Translations under genes and position numbers: made by a program
NCBI RefSeq assembly: GCF_016789985.1
Contig: NZ_JAEUOL010000054.1
Span: 1 to 55,406, forward strand
Origin: Accumulibacter sp.
Lineage (GTDB): Bacteria; Pseudomonadota; Gammaproteobacteria; Burkholderiales; Rhodocyclaceae
DNA: 55,406 nt
Reading direction: 5' to 3'
In this document: positions 9,793 to 18,394 of the stretch, in pieces
Layout of the letters: the number at the start of each line of letters is the position of its first letter
How positions within the stretch are numbered: position 1 is the stretch's first letter
Notes under the pieces: model-generated
What the model saw: only the letters and a program-made list of their open reading frames with translations
What the model was told of the DNA's origin: nothing
The model's database searches: none

Positions 9793-10016
9793 TGGCACAT
9801 GGCCAAGTATCCTCGTCCGCGAAAGGGACGTCAAATCGAGAATGCCAGCTCGCCAATCCGGGGCGAAACACGCCTCGCGAGTGATTTGTCGCCGCCAAGG
9901 GTGTAGATTGTCATCTTGGACGACCCCGTGCCAAACCGCCCACGCGCCCCGCCCTTGTTGTTCGACAGACGAGGAATGTACTGCGCTGGACCGTCCCGAA
10001 CCAGGAAGCTCACCCT

Positions 10017-12698
10017 TTGCGCATTCATTCTCTGACTGTCGAGCAGGCGCTGGCCAGCCTGAACAGCACGGCGAAGGGCCTCAGTGGGGCCGAAGCGGAA
10101 CGCCGGCTCGGCGAGTTCGGTCCCAACCTGCTGGAGGAGGTCGAACAGCAGCACCTGCTGCTGCGCTTTGCACGGGAATTCACCCACTTCTTCGCGATCA
10201 TCCTGTGGATCGGCGCCGCTCTGTCTTTTGTCGCCGAGCACTTCGACCCGGGCCAGGGAATGGCGCGCCTGGGCATGGCCATCATCGGCGTGATCGTCAT
10301 CAACGGGGTCTTCTCATTCTGGCAGGAGTACAAGGCAGAACGGGCGGTGGCGGCACTGCGCCAGTTGTTGCCGCAAAAGGTCAGGGCCTGGCGTTCCGGC
10401 GAGATCGTCGGCATTCTCGTCAGTGAACTGGTCCCGGGCGACATCATCCTGCTCGAAGAAGGAGATTTTGTGCCGGCCGACTGCCGGCTGACCGAAGTCT
10501 TCGGCCTGCGCGTCAATCTGTCCACGGTCACCGGTGAATCGCTGGCCAAGGCACGCACCATCGAGCCGAGCAGCGAAGAATCGGTGCTGCAGGCAAGAAA
10601 CATCGTCCTCGCCGGCACCTCGGTCGTTTCCGGCCAGGCGCGCGCCGTGGTCTACGCGACCGGCATGCGCACCGAGTTCGGCCGCATCGCCCACCTGACG
10701 CAAACCGCCGGCGAAACCAGCTCACCGCTGCAGCGCGAAATCGCCCGCCTGTCACGCATCGTCGCCTGCCTGGCAACCGGCATGGGACTGCTGCTCTTCT
10801 TCGTCGGTCAGGCGATGGGCCTGCCGACCTGGGAGAATCTGCTGTTCGCCATCGGCATCATCGTCGCCAATGTCCCGGAAGGACTGCTGCCGACGGTCAC
10901 CCTGTCGCTCGCCATGGCAACCCAGCGCATGGCCAGGCGCAACGCGCTGGTACGCCACCTGCCGGCGGTCGAGGCACTCGGCTCGACGACGGTGATCTGC
11001 AGCGACAAGACCGGCACACTGACCCTCAACCGCATGTCGGTACAGCAACTATGGGTCGGCGGCGCGTTCATGCCGCACGCCGAACTGGCTCGACGGCCAC
11101 AAGTCATCAACGATCACCGTGCACTGTTCGTCAACACCGCGCTCTGCCACAACCTGAAGAAGGTCGATGAACAGGGTCGGCAGGCGCTGCATGGCGATCC
11201 GATGGAGATCGCGCTGGCCGAGACCGGCCACCAATTTGCCGGCGATCTCGCAGGCTTCCGGCGGATAGACGAAATTGCGTTCGACACCGATCGCAAACGC
11301 ATGTCGGTGATCTGCGAAACGCCGGAGGGCCGCATGCTCTACTGCAAAGGAGCGCTCGAGACGGTGCTCGCCGGCTGCCGTTTCATCCAGTTCGACGCCG
11401 GCCTGGCACCACTCGACCCGGCCACCCGTACCCGCCTGCTGGCGGCACAGGACGAAATGGCAGGCGCCGGACTGCGTGTCCTTGCCTTTGCCCACCGCGC
11501 CATGGACCAGCAGCAGACCAGCCCGGCCGAGGAACAGGAGATGGTCCTGGCCGGACTGATCGGACTCGAGGATCCACCACGCCACGAAGTGCCGGAAGCC
11601 ATCGCACGCTGTGCCGCCGCCGGTATCCGGATCATCATGGTCACCGGAGACCACCCGCGCACCGGAGTGGCGATCGGCCGCCAGATCGGCTTGCTCGGGA
11701 GCAACCATCCGCTAGTGATCAGTGGCGATCAACTGCGCCTGATGTCACCGACGCAGCTGCAACTGGCGCTGGACGCTCCGGAGATTCTGTTCGCCCGCGT
11801 CGCCGCCGAGCAGAAGATGCGCATCGTCGAAGCCCTCCGGAACAAGGGGGAAATCGTCGCGGTCACCGGCGACGGGGTCAATGACGCACCGGCCCTGAAG
11901 GCCGCCGACATCGGCATCGCCATGGGAATCGGCGGGACCGACGTGGCGAAGGCAGCAGCCGACCTGATCCTGCTCGACGACAACTTCGCCAGCATCGTGG
12001 CGGCGATCGAGGAAGGGCGCGCGGTATTCGAAAACATCCGGAAGTTCCTGACCTACATCCTCAGCTCGAACATTCCGGAACTGGTGCCCTATCTGGCCTT
12101 CGTCCTGTTCCGCATTCCGCTGCCACTGACCATCATCCAGATCCTCGCCGTCGACCTCGGCACCGACATGCTGCCGGCACTCGCACTGGGTGCCGAGAAA
12201 CCCGATCCGGCGGTCATGCAACGGCCACCACGCGCGCGCGGCGAGCGGCTCTTGTCGTGGGGCCTGCTGGCGCGAGCCTACCTGTTTCTTGGTGTGCTCG
12301 AAGCTGCGGCAGCAATGACCGCCTTCTTCTTCGTCCTCCATGCCGCCGCCTGGCACTATGGTCAGTTGCTCGACCGGATGGACCCCCTGTACCTCCAGGC
12401 AACCTCGGCCTGCCTGACAACCATCGTCGTGATGCAGGTGATCAACGTCTATCTCTGCCGCCACCCACGAAGGTCGTCGCTGGAATACGGCCTCGGCGGC
12501 AATCCCTACCTGCAACTCGGCATCCTCGCCGAACTGGCGGTCATCCTGTTCATTCTGCACACGACGGCCGGCAACTGGCTATTCGGAACTTCGCCGATCA
12601 GCGGCGCCACCTGGTTGCTGGCTTTCGGCTGTGCCCTGCTCATGTGGGCCCTCGAAGAGTTGCGCAAGGCAGCGCTGCGTCGTTTCCACACGGACTGA
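10017..12698 (+). CDS. Cation-transporting P-type ATPase, Na+/K+-ATPase-like (P2C)
   Basis: TGES, GIIVANVPEGLL, CSDKTGT, MVTGDHP, VTGDGVNDAPALK, YILSSNIPE, DLGTD. TTG start. Confidence 0.93.
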   Translation: MRIHSLTVEQALASLNSTAKGLSGAEAERRLGEFGPNLLEEVEQQHLLLRFAREFTHFFAIILWIGAALSFVAEHFDPGQGMARLGMAIIGVIVINGVFSFWQEYKAERAVAALRQLLPQKVRAWRSGEIVGILVSELVPGDIILLEEGDFVPADCRLTEVFGLRVNLSTVTGESLAKARTIEPSSEESVLQARNIVLAGTSVVSGQARAVVYATGMRTEFGRIAHLTQTAGETSSPLQREIARLSRIVACLATGMGLLLFFVGQAMGLPTWENLLFAIGIIVANVPEGLLPTVTLSLAMATQRMARRNALVRHLPAVEALGSTTVICSDKTGTLTLNRMSVQQLWVGGAFMPHAELARRPQVINDHRALFVNTALCHNLKKVDEQGRQALHGDPMEIALAETGHQFAGDLAGFRRIDEIAFDTDRKRMSVICETPEGRMLYCKGALETVLAGCRFIQFDAGLAPLDPATRTRLLAAQDEMAGAGLRVLAFAHRAMDQQQTSPAEEQEMVLAGLIGLEDPPRHEVPEAIARCAAAGIRIIMVTGDHPRTGVAIGRQIGLLGSNHPLVISGDQLRLMSPTQLQLALDAPEILFARVAAEQKMRIVEALRNKGEIVAVTGDGVNDAPALKAADIGIAMGIGGTDVAKAAADLILLDDNFASIVAAIEEGRAVFENIRKFLTYILSSNIPELVPYLAFVLFRIPLPLTIIQILAVDLGTDMLPALALGAEKPDPAVMQRPPRARGERLLSWGLLARAYLFLGVLEAAAAMTAFFFVLHAAAWHYGQLLDRMDPLYLQATSACLTTIVVMQVINVYLCRHPRRSSLEYGLGGNPYLQLGILAELAVILFILHTTAGNWLFGTSPISGATWLLAFGCALLMWALEELRKAALRRFHTD

Positions 12699-12702
12699 GG
12701 CG

Positions 12703-14208
12703 ATGAACCTCGCCCTTCCCTCCCTGATCCAGACTCTGCTTGACCCGGCACGCTATCCCGACCGAGCGACCCGCGTTGAACTGGTCGAAACGCACGCCTC
12801 GTGGCTGCTGCTGGCCGGCGACTTCGTGTACAAGATCAAGAAGCCGATCGTCATGCCATTCCTCGACTACGGCACGCTCGAACAACGGCGCCAGTGCTGC
12901 GAGGCGGAACTGCAGCTCAACCGGCGCTTTGCACCGCAACTCTATCTGGCGGTCGTACCCATCACCGGCCCGCCGGACGATCCACAGATCGCCGGCAGCG
13001 GCCACCCTGTCGAGTACGCCGTCAAGATGCATCGCTTTGCCGAGAGCGGCAGGCTGGACCGCCTGTTGGCGCGCGGCCAATTGCCACGGCAGGTAGTCTC
13101 GGACCTTGCCGCAACGATCGCAGGCTTTCACCAAGAAGCGGCGACGGCACCCTCGGGAAGCATTTTCGGTAAGCCCGCGCAAGTTCTGGCGCCGGCTCTG
13201 GAGAACTTCGACGAACTGCCGGCCCTGCTGAACGACGAAGAACTGCACCTGCGTCTTGCCCGACTGGCCGAGTGGACGCGCGCCGAATTCGACCGCCTGA
13301 CGCCGTGTTTCGCCGCCCGTAAGGCCGGCGGACGCGTACGCGAGTGTCACGGCGATCTGCACCTCGGCAACCTGGTCCTGATCGATGGTCAGGTAACCCT
13401 GTTCGATTGCATCGAGTTCAGCGACGAACTGCGCTGGATCGACGTGGCCAGCGAGATCGCCTTTACCTACATCGACCTGCTCGATCAGCAGCAGCCCGGC
13501 CTGGCCGCCTGGTTGCTCAACGAATGGCTGAGCTGCAGCGGTGACTATGCGGCGATGCAGGTATTGCGTTTCTACGCGGTCTATCGCGCGCTGGTGCGCG
13601 CCAAGATTGCTGCCATCAGGGCCAGGCAGGCCGCCGCCGAACCCGGTCAGGCGCTCGACTACCTGGCCCTCGCCGAGCGCCTGGCGGCGCCACCGGCCAT
13701 CCGCCTGATCATCACCCACGGCGTCGCCGGCTGCGGCAAGACTCGAGCCGCACGCCGTCTGTTGCTGGCCGATCAGACGGCGACGACCCTGCTCTTGCGC
13801 TCGGATGTCGAGCGCAAGCGACTGTTTGGGCTCGCTGCCACCGCCAGCAGTGGCTCACCGGTGGATGGTGGCATCTACTCCAGGCAAGCCAGCGAACGCA
13901 CCTACCAGCGGCTGCAAGACTTGGCGCGGGAATTGCTTTCTGCCGGCTGGTCGGTGGCGGTCGACGCCGCCTTTCTCGAGCACGGCCGGCGCCAGACCTT
14001 CCGGCGCCTGGCCGCGCAGGCCGGCGCCGAGTTCTCCATCGTTGCACCGCAGGCCACACCGGAGCAACTCCGCGCCCGTATCCGAGGTCGCCTGGCCAAA
14101 GGCCATGGCGCGTCCGAGGCAACTCTCGATGTCCTAGCGCAGCAACTTGCCCGCAGAGAGACCCTGACGGCGGACGAGCGCCAATACCTGCTGCGGAGCT
14201 TGCCCTAG
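12703..14208 (+). CDS. Bifunctional aminoglycoside phosphotransferase-like / P-loop kinase protein
   Basis: ETHASW, YKIKKP, RECHGDLHLGN, FDCIEF, then Walker A GVAGCGKT and RSDVERKRL. Confidence 0.9.
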   Translation: MNLALPSLIQTLLDPARYPDRATRVELVETHASWLLLAGDFVYKIKKPIVMPFLDYGTLEQRRQCCEAELQLNRRFAPQLYLAVVPITGPPDDPQIAGSGHPVEYAVKMHRFAESGRLDRLLARGQLPRQVVSDLAATIAGFHQEAATAPSGSIFGKPAQVLAPALENFDELPALLNDEELHLRLARLAEWTRAEFDRLTPCFAARKAGGRVRECHGDLHLGNLVLIDGQVTLFDCIEFSDELRWIDVASEIAFTYIDLLDQQQPGLAAWLLNEWLSCSGDYAAMQVLRFYAVYRALVRAKIAAIRARQAAAEPGQALDYLALAERLAAPPAIRLIITHGVAGCGKTRAARRLLLADQTATTLLLRSDVERKRLFGLAATASSGSPVDGGIYSRQASERTYQRLQDLARELLSAGWSVAVDAAFLEHGRRQTFRRLAAQAGAEFSIVAPQATPEQLRARIRGRLAKGHGASEATLDVLAQQLARRETLTADERQYLLRSLP

Positions 14209-14300
14209 CGGCATTAAGCCGGACCGCTTTGATCGCCGCTAGCGCGGGTCTGGTGAACATCTGGCGCCCCCCAAAGCGACTCACGGGCGGCTGTTTGTCC

Positions 14301-14406
14301 TGTCGGAAAATCTTACACCGAGTCTGACCAAACCCCGAAATCAAATTCATAACAAACTAATTTAATTTAAAAAATTTTTCACAGAAAACATGGCAAAGTT
14401 CTTGCT
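14301..14406 (+). promoter_or_regulatory. Sigma54 promoter with AT-rich IHF-like tract and candidate enhancer
   Basis: TGGCAAAGTTCTTGCT (GG-N10-GC) at 14391-14406. AATCAAATTCATA at 14339-14351 within an AT-rich tract. TGT-N11-ACA at 14301-14317. Confidence 0.7.
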
Positions 14407-14416
14407 TGAGGTACCT

Positions 14417-14700
14417 TGAGGGCCGTAACCGCCACAAGAGGCGGTTCTCGGCAGATATTCAGCAACACGGCAGTCGCCTCCGGCGACGTTTCGTTTTGCC
14501 CACAACCTGCTTGCTCCGGTAGTTCCCGGGATGGGCGGTCGATGCACGGAGAAAAACCCGGACTGTGTCATTCGAACGATTATTGCAGGGGCTTGAGAGA
14601 ACAAACAAGATGACTCCTTTTTCGGTTGGTCGTAAGAACGGACGACGCGGGTGCCCTGCTTCAGCGTACGGCAGGCGCCACAAGTTCGGCTTGTGGCGTA
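14417..14700 (+). ncRNA. Candidate sigma54-dependent structured RNA or long 5' leader
   Basis: Series of hairpins downstream of the sigma54 site (14422-14452, 14469-14500, 14629-14646, 14655-14675, 14676-14698) and no convincing CDS. Confidence 0.4.
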
Positions 14701-14752
14701 TAATGGGTACCTGCTTCGGCACTTCGCGTCTCGCACACAGTGGGGCAGCGCC

Positions 14753-15118
14753 ATGAATATCCTGAACAACTGGAAGATGCTCGACCTCGTCACCCGTGAC
14801 GGAGAAGCCTTGGTGTGCATCGAAGGGCGGGTTTATGGCAGCAATCCGCGCTTTCCATCCTCATCGCACATCCGGACATCGCCAATTACCGGTTACAGCC
14901 TCGACGCCAACTCAATGGTAGTAACGACCAAGCGGGGTTCAGAGTACCTGCTGGGCAAACCCGACCCGTCACAAACCTTCGCCCAGCAACGCCTGATGAG
15001 GCGTCTGTCACGCCTCAGTCCAAACGCAGCATCGGGGTTCGACGAACTTGAGTCACAGCTGACCGGTTTCGACGAGAGCGCGCACGACCAGGAACCAGCA
15101 GCAGTCAAGTTGGGCTGA
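14753..15118 (+). CDS. Hypothetical 121-aa protein (DUF6634/SANTA-like beta motif)
   Basis: Pattern LNNW...IEGRVYGSNPRF...IRTSPI...VTTKRGSEYLLGKP followed by an acidic tail. Family resemblance is from memory of the motif only. Confidence 0.75.
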   Translation: MNILNNWKMLDLVTRDGEALVCIEGRVYGSNPRFPSSSHIRTSPITGYSLDANSMVVTTKRGSEYLLGKPDPSQTFAQQRLMRRLSRLSPNAASGFDELESQLTGFDESAHDQEPAAVKLG

Positions 15119-15258
15119 GAAGGTAGGCAATAGTCGTTTTGCCCGCCTGCCCATGACCGAGGCCTAGCAGACGAGTGGCCGGTGCCGATTGCACCGGAGC
15201 AGTAGCGCATGGGCCGCACGTCGGCTGCGCGCAGACGCTTGGTACACCTGGAGTCTAC

Positions 15259-16242
15259 ATGAGCGCTCTGGAGCGGCTATATCAGATTGACCAGATGCTT
15301 GCTGGTCGCGCTTTTGTCCCTCGCAGGGAACTCCAGGAACGACTGGGCGTCTCGTGGGCAACGCTCAAAAGGGATCTCAGCTACCTCAGGAACCGCCTCA
15401 ACGCGCCAATCATCTGCGACCGGAAGCTCGGCGGCTATCGCTTCGCGAGCGCACCCGTGCAGACCGGACCGGCATACGAGCTGCCCGGTCTCTGGTTCTC
15501 TGCCGCAGAGATTCATGCCCTGCTGACCATGCAACATCTGCTGTCGGGGCTTGTTGGTACCAGCGGCCTGCTTGGCCCGCACATCGACGCCCTGCAGGCA
15601 CGCCTGAGCGGCCTTCTGGGCAGTGCAGACAACGCCGCTGACCAGATCGTGCGACGCATCCGGATCGCGACAGTGGGCGCCAGGAAACCAGATCCCGAGC
15701 ACTTCGAGGTGGTCGGTTCGGCATTGCTCCGGCGCAAGCGATTGCTGATCGGTTACCGCGCGCGGGCAACCGGGGAAACGAGCAAGCGCCAAATATCTCC
15801 GCAACGGCTGGTTCATTACCGCGACAACTGGTACCTGGATGCCTGGTGCCACTGGCGCAATGGCCTGCGCTCCTTCTCGGTCGACGCGATAGAGAACGCC
15901 GAGATTCTCGACCAGCAGGCCACCGACCTCCCGGACGAGGAACTCGACAAATCGCTCGGCACCGGTTACGGAATCTTCTCCGGCGTGCAGTTACGCTGGG
16001 CGAGACTGCGCTTTACGCCGCAACGTGCGCGCTGGATAGCCGCAGAGCGCTGGCATCCCGCCCAGAAAGGATACTTCACCGACGACGGATCCTACGAACT
16101 CAGCCTGCCCTACGCCGACGATCGGGAACTGCTGATGGACATAATGCGATACGGCGCCGACTGCCTGGTGCTCGATCCCGACGACCTGCGTGAGCGGGTG
16201 CTCGCCGAATTCGACAAGGCAAGGCTGCGCTACCAGCCGTAA
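15259..16242 (+). CDS. HTH-WYL-WCX transcriptional regulator (YafY/PafBC-like)
   Basis: N-terminal wHTH (ELQERLGVSWATLKRDLSYLR), WYL domain (RQISPQRLVHYRDNWYLDAWCHWRNGLRSFSVDAI), and a C-terminal extension. GGAG RBS. Confidence 0.93.
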   Translation: MSALERLYQIDQMLAGRAFVPRRELQERLGVSWATLKRDLSYLRNRLNAPIICDRKLGGYRFASAPVQTGPAYELPGLWFSAAEIHALLTMQHLLSGLVGTSGLLGPHIDALQARLSGLLGSADNAADQIVRRIRIATVGARKPDPEHFEVVGSALLRRKRLLIGYRARATGETSKRQISPQRLVHYRDNWYLDAWCHWRNGLRSFSVDAIENAEILDQQATDLPDEELDKSLGTGYGIFSGVQLRWARLRFTPQRARWIAAERWHPAQKGYFTDDGSYELSLPYADDRELLMDIMRYGADCLVLDPDDLRERVLAEFDKARLRYQP

Positions 16243-16294
16243 GCGAGCCGCCGGAACCGTGGCAAACCGCTTGTTGCGCACCCGCTGCAGGCGG

Positions 16295-16324
16295 AAATGA
16301 CGGCGGGGGCCGAGGCCCCCGCCG
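16295..16324 (-). terminator. GC-rich hairpin, probable ssrA terminator between convergent genes
   Basis: 10-bp stem cggcgggggc/gcccccgccg with a 4-nt loop (16301-16324), followed on the minus strand by TCATTT. Confidence 0.7.
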
Positions 16325-16554
16325 ATAGCCATTCTGTTTATTGGACGGCTACGTCCTCAGCAGGCCTCAAGCGGCCAGTGCGAAACGCTCATCGTTGGCG
16401 TTTATGGATTTGCTCGGATTACGTCCGTCGCCTTTCGGGTCGCCTGCGCGCCATCTGTCACCCTGTCGAAACCAGTGCACCCCCGTAGTGGTGGAGGTGG
16501 CGGGAATCGAACCCGCGTCCAGAACGCTTCCGGTCTGCCGGAATTACGACCATG
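16300..16554 (-). ncRNA. ssrA: Two-piece (circularly permuted) tmRNA
   Basis: Minus strand reads T-arm GCGGGTTCGATTCCCGC, then CACCTCCACCA (CCA ends at 16489), spacer CTAC, then the normal 5' end GGGGGTGCACTGGTTTCGAC (from 16484). Acceptor stem has G3-U. Tag ORF 16399-16367 encodes ANDERFALAA-stop. Outer ends approximate. Confidence 0.95.
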
Positions 16555-16560
16555 TTGCGG

Positions 16561-16589
16561 ATTATGAGTCCGCCGGGCCGCGAATTCAA
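16561..16589 (-). promoter_or_regulatory. Sigma70 promoter of ssrA
   Basis: TTGAAT-17 bp-CATAAT on the minus strand immediately upstream of the acceptor piece. Confidence 0.8.
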
Positions 16590-16612
16590 GCCCTGGGTAA
16601 CGCAAAGTGGAC

Positions 16613-16939
16613 TCAAACCTGCATGTTCATCACATCGTGGTAAGCGGAAACCAGTTTGTTGCGTACCTGAACCATTTCCTGAAACGAAACATTGGCCTTC
16701 TGCAGTTCGATCATCACCTCGTGCAGATTATCGTTGCTGTTGCCGGCGGCAAAATTTGCCGCCATGGTTTCCGCCTGTTGCTGCGTCTGGCTGACCTGGG
16801 CGATCGAATTCTCCAATATCTGGGCGAAATCCACTCCCGCAGCAGGACGACCGCCGGGCAACGCGGCGACATGACCGGCAGCCGCGGCCGCACCGGCACG
16901 CAAGATGCTCAAAACATGATCAATTCCCTTGCTGTCCAT
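16613..16939 (-). CDS. fliE: Flagellar hook-basal body protein FliE
   Basis: LHEVMIELQKANVSFQEMVQVRNKLVSAYHDVMNMQV C-terminus. Confidence 0.96.
   Translation of the reverse strand: MDSKGIDHVLSILRAGAAAAAGHVAALPGGRPAAGVDFAQILENSIAQVSQTQQQAETMAANFAAGNSNDNLHEVMIELQKANVSFQEMVQVRNKLVSAYHDVMNMQV
16747..16761. promoter_or_regulatory. CGGCAA-N3-TTGCCG palindrome, candidate FleR enhancer inside fliE
   Basis: Perfect palindrome; the same motif recurs at 25568, 36686 and 41948. Confidence 0.5.
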
Positions 16940-16970
16940 GGCTTTCTCCATCCGTTTGCCGATAACTTCC

Positions 16971-16986
16971 AGCAAAAAACATGCCT
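16971..16986 (-). promoter_or_regulatory. Sigma54 promoter of fliE
   Basis: AGGCATGTTTTTTGCT (GG-N10-GC) about 30 bp upstream of the start codon. Confidence 0.75.
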
Positions 16987-17010
16987 AATCTCGAACGACT
17001 GACAAGAGCC

Positions 17011-18381
<1,371 letters not shown>

Positions 18382-18394
18382 TGTTTGCACCCTC

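Noticed and set aside
9835-10016. Possible metal or ion riboswitch, or FNR box, between the K+ channel and P-type ATPase
   Set aside because: Only weak stems, with no yybP-ykoY, M-box or TTGAT-N4-ATCAA consensus recognisable by eye.
14209-14260. CAAAGC...CCGG..TAA on the minus strand, loosely like a c-di-GMP-I riboswitch
   Set aside because: The P2 GNRA stem and P1 pairing cannot be built, and no gene lies downstream in that orientation.
16489-16522. tRNA-like T-arm and CCA end, possibly a tRNA or an integration-site (att) remnant
   Set aside because: It is the acceptor piece of the permuted tmRNA. There is no anticodon arm, and I found no duplicate copy or integrase in the window.
16958-16965. 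GCCGATAA sigma28 -10 element on the plus strand
   Set aside because: No TAAA at the correct spacing, and it points antisense to fleR.
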